From the NCBI GenBank assembly GCA_017461055.1, contig JAFTZI010000007.1, positions 1,236 to 65,235 on the forward strand: DNA of 64,000 bases, in the 5' to 3' direction. The position numbers were made by a program, and so were the translations under genes. This document shows positions 18,319-27,552 of this stretch, one piece after another (the stretch's first letter is position 1; each line of letters opens with the position of its first letter). The stretch comes from Clostridia bacterium. GTDB taxonomy: Bacteria > Bacillota > Clostridia > Oscillospirales > CAG-272. The notes beneath the pieces are model-generated. The model had not been told where the DNA came from, searched no databases, and saw only the letters and a program-made list of their open reading frames with translations.

Positions 18319-19217
18319 TATTTGTCTCTGTTTATCATAAATTTTGCAAGCTCTATGAGTGAATTATGACCTGTTTTTTTGCAATACTCATAAATAGCAG
18401 CTATTGCTTCATTTGTCAAGTTATCTACTAAAATTTGTGCCTCCTCAACGCTCATAAACGAAAGAGCGGTTGATTTGTTATTTTTATCGTCAGATCCTAT
18501 CGGCTTTCCTAACACCTCTCTACTCGAAATTCTATCAAGAATGTCATCTCTAATCTGGAAAGCAATTCCTAATTTCGTAGCATATTCTTCAATATTTTGA
18601 ATAATATGCTCATCTGCATCATCGCAAGCGGCATAATAGCCTAATAGCATTGCGCATCTGATTAGCGCACCTGTTTTTAATGAGTGCATATTTTTAAGTA
18701 AATCAAAATTACTAATTGAAGCACCGGAGCTTAAATCTATCATTTGCCCGCCTGCCATTCCGCTAAAGCCTGCACAATTAGAAAGAGCTACGGTAGCAAG
18801 TCGTACACTTTTATCTGATACCAAAGTATTAGATGCCAAAACCTCGAATGCGTATGTTAAAAGGGTATCTCCTGCCAAAAGAGCTTTAGCTTCACCAAAA
18901 ACCTTATGGTTCGTCGGTTTACCTCTTCTCATATCGTCATTGTCCATACAGGGCAAATCATCGTGTATTAAAGAATATGTGTGAATCATTTCCAATGCAC
19001 AGGCAAATGGTAATACTCTATTAATTTCAAATTTTTGGGAAAACAGACGATAAGCTTCGATTACAATGAACGGTCGAATTCGTTTGCCACCCGACATTAA
19101 GCTATATTTCATCGGTTCTGCAAGTCCATTGTCATCCTTGTTAGTTAAATACTCATTTAAAGCTTTTTCAACTAATAAATTATTTTCATTTAATCGTTCT
19201 AAGTATTCACTGTTCAT
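18318..19217 (-). CDS. ispA: (2E,6E)-farnesyl diphosphate synthase / geranyltranstransferase
   Basis: The Asp-rich motifs LIHDDLPCMDNDDMRRG and IRDDILD are present. I trimmed the track ORF to the ATG at 19217 (MNSEYLERL...), because the longer form would overlap most of xseB. Confidence 0.85.
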   Translation of the reverse strand: MNSEYLERLNENNLLVEKALNEYLTNKDDNGLAEPMKYSLMSGGKRIRPFIVIEAYRLFSQKFEINRVLPFACALEMIHTYSLIHDDLPCMDNDDMRRGKPTNHKVFGEAKALLAGDTLLTYAFEVLASNTLVSDKSVRLATVALSNCAGFSGMAGGQMIDLSSGASISNFDLLKNMHSLKTGALIRCAMLLGYYAACDDADEHIIQNIEEYATKLGIAFQIRDDILDRISSREVLGKPIGSDDKNNKSTALSFMSVEEAQILVDNLTNEAIAAIYEYCKKTGHNSLIELAKFMINRDK

Positions 19218-19440
19218 CTGGCTTAAAATCTCTTTCTTCCAATTCTCCACTATTATTAACAAGTACTTTAATAGAATTCTCAACCGATTCTAATTTTTTA
19301 TTGCATAGCTTAACCAAGCTTACACCCTCCTCGAACAAATCCAAGGATTTTTCTAAGGGATTTTCGCCGCTTTCAAGCAGTTCAACGATTTCTTCAAGTC
19401 GCTCAAGAGCCTCTTCAAAGCTAACTTCCTTTTTTGGCAT
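19207..19440 (-). CDS. xseB: exodeoxyribonuclease VII small subunit
   Basis: 77 aa. FEEALERLEEIVELLESG is the typical XseB helix-hairpin pattern, and the gene overlaps the xseA stop. Confidence 0.88.
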   Translation of the reverse strand: MPKKEVSFEEALERLEEIVELLESGENPLEKSLDLFEEGVSLVKLCNKKLESVENSIKVLVNNSGELEERDFKPDEQ

Positions 19441-20686
19441 TTTTTCTTCTCCTTTTCACTTTAGAAACAACGGCATTAATTTCGCCATTGCTCACTTTTA
19501 TTGCAATTTCATCACCAACACTCACGTTATCTACACTTTTTATAATCTTGTTATCTTTGTCAAAGACAGCACCGTATCCCCTTGAAATTACAGCCATTGG
19601 ATTGAGGGCAGATAACTTTGAATTAACATCGATAAACGATTCCCTTTTCTTATTAAAGCAACCTTGAAACACAGAAAGAAGCTTTTCGGAGATATTGGTA
19701 AGCTTTAAATTTGGAATATCTAACATTGACATAGGTTTTGATAAGGATTTAGAATTAGCTAAATCCTCCACAATAGCTTTATAGGACTGAATATTGTCTA
19801 ATATGGCATTTAAAGCTCTCTTGTTGAATTCCTGCAATTTATTATTAATTTCTTTAATATCCGGTGTTACCATTTCAGCAGCATGTGAAGGTGTGGCAGC
19901 GCGAGCATCTGCAACAAAATCGCAAATGGTATAATCAATTTCGTGGCCAACAGCCGAAACAACAGGTATTTTCGAAGCATATATTGAACGGGCTAACATT
20001 TCATTATTAAAAGCCCATAAATCCTCAATTGAGCCTCCACCACGTCCGATAATGATGACGTCAACATTGTTAACTATATTAAAATATTCGACTCCTTTAA
20101 TTAGTTCGTTTGGAGCATCATTGCCTTGAACAAGTGAAGGAAATAAAACTAATTTTGCACACGGATATCTACTTGTAGCTACTTTGATGATATCTCTGAT
20201 TGCAGCGCCGGTGGATGAAGTGATAATTCCAATGGATTTTGGAAACTTTGGGATGCTTTTTTTATGCTCATTATCAAAAAGTCCCTCTTTACTTAACTTT
20301 TCCTTTAACTGCTCATATGCAATATGAAGGTCACCAACACCGTCAGGATGCATACTGTCAATATAAATCTGGTAGGTGCCTGCTTGATGATAAACACCTA
20401 TTCTACCGTGTACTATGACCTTCATTCCGTCTTGTGGATCAAATTTAATTTTTCGAGCATATGAGCGGAACATTACGGCTTTTATTTCACTATCTGCATC
20501 CTTTAATGTTAAATAAAAGTGACCTGTAGCATAGTGATTTTTAAAATTTGATATTTCACCGACAGCAAACACGTCTTGTAGAAGTGCTTCCTCTTCTACA
20601 AGCTCTTTGATGTAGTTATTTATTTCTAATATTGTTTTGGGAATTGGAGGTAAAACATTTCCGTCATCATCAAATCTATAGTTCAT
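19421..20686 (-). CDS. xseA: exodeoxyribonuclease VII large subunit
   Basis: 421 aa with an N-terminal OB fold, then a catalytic region (GRGGGSIEDLW) and a C-terminal helical segment. Confidence 0.92.
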   Translation of the reverse strand: MNYRFDDDGNVLPPIPKTILEINNYIKELVEEEALLQDVFAVGEISNFKNHYATGHFYLTLKDADSEIKAVMFRSYARKIKFDPQDGMKVIVHGRIGVYHQAGTYQIYIDSMHPDGVGDLHIAYEQLKEKLSKEGLFDNEHKKSIPKFPKSIGIITSSTGAAIRDIIKVATSRYPCAKLVLFPSLVQGNDAPNELIKGVEYFNIVNNVDVIIIGRGGGSIEDLWAFNNEMLARSIYASKIPVVSAVGHEIDYTICDFVADARAATPSHAAEMVTPDIKEINNKLQEFNKRALNAILDNIQSYKAIVEDLANSKSLSKPMSMLDIPNLKLTNISEKLLSVFQGCFNKKRESFIDVNSKLSALNPMAVISRGYGAVFDKDNKIIKSVDNVSVGDEIAIKVSNGEINAVVSKVKRRRKNAKKGS

Positions 20687-20706
20687 AATTTACCTCCTTT
20701 ACTAAA

Positions 20707-21648
20707 TTAGCCTATAAAAGCTTTTCTTGCTAAAAGCGCAACACCGCAAGCGTTATCGGTGCTGAATTGCGGTTCTGCAAAATATATATCTTTGAATTTG
20801 CTTGAAAGGTTATTCTTGATTATGCTGTTGCTCATTACTCCGCCTGCATAAACTATTTTTATATCTCCAAATTTGTTTCTTATATTCTCTGTTATTTTGG
20901 AAATTGTTTTAAAAATAAAGTCAAGCACAAAAGCGGATACAAGATTTGGATTTTTGCTTTCATTGTAAAGCTTTAGCGCAAGGTTTTCTAAGCCTGACAA
21001 ATTACACTCGAATTGATTGACGCAAATTTTACAGTTAGGTGTTTTAATTTGGTTTTCCAAAGCCAATTGTTCAATTTCTTTACCACAAGGAAATTTCAGC
21101 CCCATTTTAACGCCAATTCTATCAATAGCTTGTCCTGCATGCAAGTCTATGCTTCCGCCTAATAATGATATGTTAAAAGAACTTTTGTCAGGGGTTACAA
21201 TTAATATTTCTGTGGTCCCTCCTGAAACATGGAAAGCTACGAATTTATCATCCGTTTCAAGCTTACTCGAATATAATGCCGCTTGTATGTGACCGGCCTG
21301 GTGTGAGAAATGAAATGCCGGGATATTAAATAATGCGGAAATCATTTCGGCAACAGCGCTACCAACAAGAAAGCACGGCATATATGAGCCGTCTACATCA
21401 CGTGGATATGATGAGTATCCAATGGCAACAATTTCATACTCTGCGTGCTTTTCTTTGATTTTTTTTGAAATAATTTGAAAATTTTTAACATGTGCAAAAA
21501 CAGCATCACTTTGCCTTAAGCCGTTTTCGCCGACTTTGACAGGCAACAGTTCTTTATAATTCTCCAAAATTATACCATCCAGGCTACAAACGGCGCAGGA
21601 GGTAGTATAATTGCTGGTATCAATGCCAATAATGACTTTTTTATTCAT
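20707..21648 (-). CDS. Kae1/TsaD-like ASKHA-fold protein (glycoprotease family paralog), function unknown
   Basis: 313 aa. The N-terminus IIGIDTSNYTTSCAV resembles the TsaD GIETSCDET phosphate-1 motif, and an HxxxH (HQAGH) is retained. It lacks other TsaD landmarks that I recognise. It overlaps nusB by 8 nt. Confidence 0.7.
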   Translation of the reverse strand: MNKKVIIGIDTSNYTTSCAVCSLDGIILENYKELLPVKVGENGLRQSDAVFAHVKNFQIISKKIKEKHAEYEIVAIGYSSYPRDVDGSYMPCFLVGSAVAEMISALFNIPAFHFSHQAGHIQAALYSSKLETDDKFVAFHVSGGTTEILIVTPDKSSFNISLLGGSIDLHAGQAIDRIGVKMGLKFPCGKEIEQLALENQIKTPNCKICVNQFECNLSGLENLALKLYNESKNPNLVSAFVLDFIFKTISKITENIRNKFGDIKIVYAGGVMSNSIIKNNLSSKFKDIYFAEPQFSTDNACGVALLARKAFIG

Positions 21649-22054
21649 CTGTTTTTAAGCTTTTAGCTATATTATTAAGAACACCATTTATGTATGAAGA
21701 CGCGCCATCTTCACCATATTCCTTAGCAAATTCCACGGCTTCATTTATGGAAATGGCAGGTGGAAGCTTCGCGTACATCATTTCATAAACGCTAACGCGC
21801 ATTATTGAAAGTGTCGCCTTTGAAAGTCTGCTAATTTTCCAACCGCTTAAATTATTTGAAATTACGGTGTCAATGTTTATTATATTTTCACAAATGCCGA
21901 TAAATTGACCCTTTACACTCTCGTTTTCATCGTCTTGACATATGAAATTATCATATGCTCTTTCGTAATATTCGAAAGGAGACTCGTCTTTATTAAATTC
22001 GTATCCAAACACTAATTCAAATGTAAATTTTCTGATTTTTCTTTTTCCAAGCAT
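21641..22054 (-). CDS. nusB: transcription antitermination factor NusB
   Basis: 137 aa. It shows the NusB pattern (R...FELVFGYEF, AISINEAVEFAKEYG) in the conserved position upstream of xseA. Confidence 0.88.
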   Translation of the reverse strand: MLGKRKIRKFTFELVFGYEFNKDESPFEYYERAYDNFICQDDENESVKGQFIGICENIINIDTVISNNLSGWKISRLSKATLSIMRVSVYEMMYAKLPPAISINEAVEFAKEYGEDGASSYINGVLNNIAKSLKTDE

Positions 22055-22086
22055 GATTATGTCCCTCGTTTTCTATTTACAATTCA

Positions 22087-22115
22087 ATTATATATTTTTT
22101 TAATATTAAAGTCAA
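22087..22115 (-). promoter_or_regulatory. sigma-A-type promoter for the nusB array
   Basis: The minus strand reads TTGACT (22110-22115), a 17-nt spacer, then TATAAT (22087-22092). Confidence 0.45.
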
Positions 22116-22228
22116 GTGAATTATTCATTTTATATGAATATTTTTTCTTTTTTGCATAAATTTATTTTTCACTTGAATTCATTATAAATTTATGATATCT
22201 TATTAGTAGCATATTAAGGAGTTTTTTA

Positions 22229-22828
22229 ATGAACGAAAAAGTAAAATCTAACAAAAATATTCTTCATATTTTAGAAATTGCTTGCTTTTTTTATTTACCC
22301 ATTACATTTACTATAAATTTTTTGTGTCATTTTATGTTGAACGGTAAGTTGTTGCAAGCATGGGCTAATTTAATAATTTTTTTAATTACATTTGTTATAG
22401 CTTTAATTGTTGGCTTTAAGAGTCAATTTAGAATTAAAGATGGAATAGTTAGAAATACGTGTAGTATTTATACTATTTTGTCCTTTATAATCAATACATT
22501 TGTTTTCATTATTGATGACGGTAAAATGTGGTCAGTAAAGTCAATGATACTAATCTTATCATTTGCTATAATAATTGCGCTTCTTTTAAGATATCTTAAG
22601 ATTAAGCTTTATTTAATAAGAACACTGATTTATTATTGCGTGTGTTTAGCTGCGTTTATGTTTTTAACAGTCGGTATAGCTGAATACACTAATGGCAATA
22701 ATACAATGCTTTTGTTCGGCATATTTACAATTGTATATGCAATTATTTCAATAATTTATTTTTATGTCAAGAGGTCATTTCTTTCCTTTGAAAACGATGA
22801 AAAGAATTATAAGCGACAATTTGATTAA
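22229..22828 (+). CDS. polytopic membrane protein, unknown function
   Basis: 199 aa with about 6 hydrophobic segments. The SD AAGGAG lies 8 nt upstream of the ATG. I do not recognise a family. Confidence 0.6.
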   Translation: MNEKVKSNKNILHILEIACFFYLPITFTINFLCHFMLNGKLLQAWANLIIFLITFVIALIVGFKSQFRIKDGIVRNTCSIYTILSFIINTFVFIIDDGKMWSVKSMILILSFAIIIALLLRYLKIKLYLIRTLIYYCVCLAAFMFLTVGIAEYTNGNNTMLLFGIFTIVYAIISIIYFYVKRSFLSFENDEKNYKRQFD

Positions 22829-22844
22829 AATTTAACATAAACAA

Positions 22845-22873
22845 AAAAGGAATTCGGTAAACGAATTCCTTTT
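22845..22873. terminator. bidirectional terminator between convergent genes
   Basis: A perfect 12-bp stem pairs aaaaggaattcg with cgaattcctttt around a 5-nt loop. A and T runs on the two sides let it serve both strands. Confidence 0.6.
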
Positions 22874-22900
22874 ATTGTTGCTTAAAGTAATTAGTGCAAA

Positions 22901-23077
22901 TTATTTAAATTTGCGCTTTCTCGCAGCTTCAGACTTCTTCTTTCTCTTAACGCTTGGTTTTTCGTAATGCTCTCTCTTACGAAGCTCCATAAGAACTCCG
23001 GATCTAGCACACTGACGCTTAAATCTACGAAGTGCGCTGTCGAGCGATTCATTTTCCTTAACTCTAATTTCTGCCAT
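22901..23077 (-). CDS. rpsU: 30S ribosomal protein S21
   Basis: Absent from the track (58 aa). My own translation is [58 protein letters not shown]. The SD GGAGGG lies upstream. Confidence 0.9.
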   Translation of the reverse strand: MAEIRVKENESLDSALRRFKRQCARSGVLMELRKREHYEKPSVKRKKKSEAARKRKFK

Positions 23078-23125
23078 TCTATATCCCTCCCCCCGCGTTT
23101 AGCAAAGAGATTAAATCTCTATGAT

Positions 23126-23155
23126 ATTATAGTACAAATGTAATCCGTTTGTCAA
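23126..23155 (-). promoter_or_regulatory. sigma-A-type promoter for rpsU
   Basis: The minus strand reads TTGACA (23150-23155), an 18-nt spacer, then TATAAT (23126-23131), with an A/T-rich UP-like block upstream. Confidence 0.5.
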
Positions 23156-23162
23156 TAGTGAA

Positions 23163-23183
23163 TTTACATTTTTTTGAAAAATT
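23163..23183 (-). repeat. copy A of a 21-nt exact repeat (tttacatttttttgaaaaatt) located 7 nt upstream of a -35 box
   Basis: It is identical to 62194-62214. The extended alignment of 23151-23183 against 62182-62214 is 30/33 identical. Confidence 0.6.
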
Positions 23184-25586
23184 TTATTTAATTACAATAT
23201 TAACAATTTTTCCGGGAACAAAAATTTCCTTAATTATGTTTTTGCCATTAATAGCATCAGCAACCTTAGGGTCATTTTTTGCTACATTTATTGCATCATC
23301 CTTGGAAATAGTTTTTGATACTGTTATTGTGGAACGTAATTTACCGTTAATTTGTACAGCAATTTCAATATTATTCTCAACTGTCTTGGCTTCATCATAT
23401 TCAGGCCATTTTGAGAGTGAAATAAAGTCATCGTTGCCTAAATTGCTCCACATTTCTTCTGTAAGGTGCGGTGCAAATGGATTTAAAAGCTTTAATAATA
23501 CCTTTAACTCATCAACAGTTAAGCTACCGTTTTCATAAACATCATTAACAAAAGACATCATAGCTGCTATTGCAGTATTAAATTTCATTGTATCAATGTC
23601 GTTTGTTACCTTTTTTATGAGCTTGTGTAAGGAAGCTTCAAGCTTTTCGGTAACGCCGGTGCCATTTGCTATTTCGGGTAGTGATGAAACTCTATCTAAA
23701 AATCTCTTACAGCCTCTGATGCTTGCCGGATTCCAAGGTGCAGCCTTTTCGAAATCTCCGATAAACATTTCATATAGCCTGAGTGTGTCAGCACCGTATT
23801 CAGCAATTACATCATCCGGATTAACAACATTGCCACGAGATTTTGACATCTTTTCACCATTTTCACCGAGAATCATTCCGTGAGCAGTTCTCTTTTTATA
23901 TGGCTCCTTGCATCCGATTACGTCAATGTCATATAAGAATTTTGCCCAGAAACGAGAATACAACAAGTGTAAAGTAACGTGTTCCATACCGCCGTTATAC
24001 CAGTCAACAGGCATCCAGTAATCAATTGCTTCACGTGAAGCAAGCTCGTTTTTGTTATCAGGATCACAGTAGCGTAAGAAGTACCAAGATGAGCCTGCCC
24101 ATTGTGGCATTGTATCTGTTTCTCTTTTTGCAGGAGCTCCGCAGCATGGACAGGTTGTATTAACCCACCAATCAATTTTAGAAAGTGGAGATTCACCTGT
24201 ATCAGTTGGCTCGTAGTGCTCAACCTCAGGTAATCTAATCGGTAACTGATCCTCGGGAACAGGAACCCAGCCACACTTGTCACACCAAACCATTGGAACG
24301 GGTTCGCCCCAATATCTTTGACGTGAGAATACCCAGTCCCTTAGCTTATAGTTAATCTTTGAATGTCCTTTACCATTTTTTTCAAGCCATTCTATGATAG
24401 CCTTTTTGGCATCAGCAACTTCTAAGCCATCTAAGAATCCAGAGTTGCACATAGTGCCTGTTGCAACATCGGTAAATGCCGTTTCTTGAACATTACCGCC
24501 GGCTACAACCTCAATTATAGGTAAATTGAATACCTTTGCAAAATCCCAGTCTCTATCATCATGGGCGGGAACAGCCATAATAGCACCTGTACCGTAGGTA
24601 GCAAGAACGTAATCTGAAATAAAAATAGGAATTTCTTTTCCGTTTACAGGATTTATTGCTCTTACGCCGTCAAGGCAAACACCGGTTTTGTCCTTTACAA
24701 GCTCTGTTCTTTCAAAATCAGATTTCTTTGCGGCTTCGGATTTATAATTGTTTACTTCATCAATATTTTTAATGGAATCTTTCCACTTTTCAATTAATGT
24801 GTGCTCCGGAGCCATAACCATATAAGTAGCACCAAAAAGTGTGTCTGGACGTGTTGTATAAACTACTACCTCGTCACCCATTGTTGTGTTAAATGTTACT
24901 TCAGCGCCCTCACTTCTGCCAATCCAGTTAATCTCCTGTGTTTTAACTCTTTCAATAAAGTCAAGGTCAGCCAAGTCATCAATAAGTCTTTGTGCATATT
25001 CGGTAATTTTGAGCATCCACTGGCTCTTTACCTTATGAACAACTTCACTACCGCATCTTTCGCATACGCCGTTTACAACCTCTTCGTTAGCTAAAACACA
25101 CTTACAAGATGTACAGAAATTCACATTCATTTCCTTTTTGTAAGCAAGGCCTTTTTTATAAAGCTGTAAGAATATCCATTGTGTCCATTTAAAATAATCG
25201 GGGTCAGTAGTGTTGATTTCACGGGACCAATCAAAGCTATAACCGATAGATTTTAATTGTTCTTTAAAATGCTTAATATTCTTTTCTGTAACGATGCTTG
25301 GATGAATATGATTTTTAATTGCATAGTTTTCAGTAGGAAGACCGAAGGCATCCCAACCCATTGGAAATAGTACATTGTAGCCTTCCATTCGCTTCTTTCT
25401 TGAAACGATATCCATAGCTGTGTACGGTCTTGGATGTCCAATATGTAAGCCTTGTCCGGATGGGTATGGAAATTCAATAAGAGTATAGTATTTTGGCTTT
25501 GTATAATCGGTAGATACCTTAAAAGCCTCTTTTTCATCCCATTTTTCTTGCCATTTTTTATCAATTTGAGTAAATTCGTATTTCAT
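23184..25586 (-). CDS. leuS: leucine--tRNA ligase
   Basis: 800 aa. The HIGH region is [18 protein letters not shown] is present, and a CP1 editing domain is evident. Confidence 0.95.
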   Translation of the reverse strand: MKYEFTQIDKKWQEKWDEKEAFKVSTDYTKPKYYTLIEFPYPSGQGLHIGHPRPYTAMDIVSRKKRMEGYNVLFPMGWDAFGLPTENYAIKNHIHPSIVTEKNIKHFKEQLKSIGYSFDWSREINTTDPDYFKWTQWIFLQLYKKGLAYKKEMNVNFCTSCKCVLANEEVVNGVCERCGSEVVHKVKSQWMLKITEYAQRLIDDLADLDFIERVKTQEINWIGRSEGAEVTFNTTMGDEVVVYTTRPDTLFGATYMVMAPEHTLIEKWKDSIKNIDEVNNYKSEAAKKSDFERTELVKDKTGVCLDGVRAINPVNGKEIPIFISDYVLATYGTGAIMAVPAHDDRDWDFAKVFNLPIIEVVAGGNVQETAFTDVATGTMCNSGFLDGLEVADAKKAIIEWLEKNGKGHSKINYKLRDWVFSRQRYWGEPVPMVWCDKCGWVPVPEDQLPIRLPEVEHYEPTDTGESPLSKIDWWVNTTCPCCGAPAKRETDTMPQWAGSSWYFLRYCDPDNKNELASREAIDYWMPVDWYNGGMEHVTLHLLYSRFWAKFLYDIDVIGCKEPYKKRTAHGMILGENGEKMSKSRGNVVNPDDVIAEYGADTLRLYEMFIGDFEKAAPWNPASIRGCKRFLDRVSSLPEIANGTGVTEKLEASLHKLIKKVTNDIDTMKFNTAIAAMMSFVNDVYENGSLTVDELKVLLKLLNPFAPHLTEEMWSNLGNDDFISLSKWPEYDEAKTVENNIEIAVQINGKLRSTITVSKTISKDDAINVAKNDPKVADAINGKNIIKEIFVPGKIVNIVIK

Positions 25587-25602
25587 TTTTGTCTCCTACT
25601 AT

Positions 25603-25998
25603 TTATTCTAATATGCTGTTTATATCTATTTCCTCGGCATCTGCCCATAGCTTTTCTAACTTATAGAAGCCTCTTGCTTCATTTGAAAAAATATGAACAA
25701 TAATGTCGTGACAGTCAATTATCTTCCATTCATCAGAATCAGTCCCTTCAAGTCGCACAAAGGGCGCTTTTCCAACGCCAAATTGATACTCTACTTCGTC
25801 GGCAAGAGTTTTAATCTGCGTGCTTGAATTACCGGTGCAAATCACAAAATAATCCGCTAAAATGGTCTTTTTGTCAATTTTTAATAGTTTAATATCGTTA
25901 GCTTTTTTAGTATCAAGAATTTTAACAGCTGCCTTTGCAAGCTCAAACGAATCGGCGGTTGCTAACTCGTTTTCTTTTACATTAAACAATATATCCAT
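25603..25998 (-). CDS. rsfS: ribosome silencing factor RsfS
   Basis: 131 aa with the iojap-family pattern ADYFVICTGNSSTQIKTLADEV...DIIVHIF...R.FYKLEKLW. Confidence 0.9.
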   Translation of the reverse strand: MDILFNVKENELATADSFELAKAAVKILDTKKANDIKLLKIDKKTILADYFVICTGNSSTQIKTLADEVEYQFGVGKAPFVRLEGTDSDEWKIIDCHDIIVHIFSNEARGFYKLEKLWADAEEIDINSILE

Positions 25999-26643
25999 TT
26001 ATTCCTCCAATGAAATATTTTTGAATACTGATTTATTCATTAAAAAATAATTTCTTGCTTCAACAGTATCTGAATCAATTTGCTTATTTTCATCAATCAG
26101 ATTCTTTATAGTTAGGTTGAAAGATAAAACCATAGTTTTCCTCAAAACCTCTAATTTGCTATTTAAGCTGTTAGCTGTGCTTATATTATCATAAAAATAC
26201 TTTCTGAGCTGTACGCAATCCTCAAAGGTACGACCTGCTTCAATATAGTCAGCCAAATAAATAATTGTCTCAAACAGGCTCATATTTTTTCTTCCTGTGG
26301 TGTGATAATAAATACCGTTATACACTTCATCATCTACCAATTCAGTGCTAAATAGTTCGCGTGCATATTCGCAGCCGGTTTTGGCGTGCAACAGCTTTGA
26401 AACTATATTGCTTTTGTCAATACTAATACTGTATTTTTCGCATAGCTCTAAATGTTTTTCAAGTGTAAAATCCTTAGTTATATCGTGCAATAATCCGGCA
26501 AATTGTAGCTTATCAGCTTTATCGGGAATAAAAATTTTTCCTAATTCGTAAGCTTCCTTTTGTACGCCTAAGGTATGGTTAAATCTTTTTTCGGTTTCTA
26601 AAGCTTTAACAGCATTTTCAAAGAATTTAAAATCATATTCCAT
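25999..26643 (-). CDS. yqeK: HD-domain bis(5'-nucleosyl)-tetraphosphatase YqeK
   Basis: HD motifs are RFNHTLGV and LLHDITK. I trimmed the start to the ATG at 26643 (SD GGTGA, 4 nt after the nadD stop). It is in the conserved position after nadD. Confidence 0.85.
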   Translation of the reverse strand: MEYDFKFFENAVKALETEKRFNHTLGVQKEAYELGKIFIPDKADKLQFAGLLHDITKDFTLEKHLELCEKYSISIDKSNIVSKLLHAKTGCEYARELFSTELVDDEVYNGIYYHTTGRKNMSLFETIIYLADYIEAGRTFEDCVQLRKYFYDNISTANSLNSKLEVLRKTMVLSFNLTIKNLIDENKQIDSDTVEARNYFLMNKSVFKNISLEE

Positions 26644-26647
26644 ATTA

Positions 26648-27253
26648 TCACCATTTTTTATATAGCCCATTACGTTTGATATATTCTAACACCTCAGAGT
26701 CTAAATATTCCGAGCAGTCTTTATCCACATTATTTCTAATTTCTGTAGATGAAATTTCTAAAGCTTGCGTTTCAAGAAAATGAATTTTTGCATCAAAGTT
26801 AAGCTCGTATTCTTCAATTTTTTCTTGAATTTTTTTAGTTATCTCCGGCTCATTTTCTCTTCTTGCATACACAATTGTTGCATTTTGAAAAATATACTCA
26901 GGATTATACCAAGAACCGAGTGTTAAAACCATATCAGTACCGCACAAAAAGAAAATTTCATCGCATCCTTGTTCCTTGAAATGACGTATTGTATCAGCAG
27001 TATAGCTTTTGCCTTGTCTTTTTATTTCCAAATCGGAAACTTCTACCTTGTTCGAAATTTTTTCAAATGCAAGACGAGTCATGTTCAATCTGTCTTCAAC
27101 AGATGACAATGAGTGAATTTGCTTGTGTGGAGGGGTACATACGGGAATTACATACACTTTATCAAGGGGAAACAGATTGAAAAATGCTGTAAATGTTTTA
27201 ACGTGTCCTAAATGTGGTGGGTCAAAGGTTCCACCGAAAATTCCAATCTTCAT
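26648..27253 (-). CDS. nadD: nicotinate-nucleotide adenylyltransferase
   Basis: 201 aa. It has the GGTFDPPHLGH nucleotidyltransferase motif and an ISSTEIR-type C-terminal motif. Confidence 0.92.
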   Translation of the reverse strand: MKIGIFGGTFDPPHLGHVKTFTAFFNLFPLDKVYVIPVCTPPHKQIHSLSSVEDRLNMTRLAFEKISNKVEVSDLEIKRQGKSYTADTIRHFKEQGCDEIFFLCGTDMVLTLGSWYNPEYIFQNATIVYARRENEPEITKKIQEKIEEYELNFDAKIHFLETQALEISSTEIRNNVDKDCSEYLDSEVLEYIKRNGLYKKW

Positions 27254-27552
27254 CTTATTTTAGTTATATCTATTTTCCTGTTTTTTTCATGGTCTGAAAC
27301 ACGGTAGAGTACCACTTTTGTTCCGATAACCTGTACTACCTGTGCATTGATGTTTTGAGAAATTATCTCGGAAGCTTCTTTTGCGCTGTTTGGCGAGGTT
27401 TCTAACACCTTGATTTTAATGAGTTCACGCGCATTCAGTGCGTTTAAAAGCTGTGAGCATAGCTCCTCGGTTATTCCGCCTTTACCGATTTGAAATATGG
27501 TATCTAAATTTACAGCAAGGCTTTTTAAATACGCTCTTTGTTTACTTGTCAT
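27250..27552 (-). CDS. yhbY: CRM-domain RNA-binding protein YhbY
   Basis: 100 aa with MTSKQRAYLKSLA...IFQIGKGGIT, a typical YhbY/YqeI pattern. Confidence 0.88.
   Translation of the reverse strand: MTSKQRAYLKSLAVNLDTIFQIGKGGITEELCSQLLNALNARELIKIKVLETSPNSAKEASEIISQNINAQVVQVIGTKVVLYRVSDHEKNRKIDITKIR

Noticed and set aside
22108-22202. A 9-nt inverted repeat (tcaagtgaa at 22111-22119, ttcacttga at 22169-22177) and small palindromes in the nusB/membrane-protein divergent region.
   Set aside because: One arm is simply the nusB -35 box and its flank. The arms are 49 nt apart in very AT-rich DNA. There is no supporting second feature.
23163-23183. Possible CodY box (AATTTTCWGAAAATT) within the shared TTTTTTTGAAAAATT block and near the infC promoter (42574-42600).
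   Set aside because: The best alignments carry 3-4 mismatches in a sequence that is nearly all A/T. In addition, codY is absent from its usual position after trmFO in this window.
23918-24283. Same-strand alternative-frame ORFs inside leuS (121 aa here, and 103 aa at 25253-25564), plus similar ones in pgi, smc and glgD.
   Set aside because: They sit inside strongly conserved coding frames with no independent SD and no sign of frameshift signals. They are most simply chance open frames.
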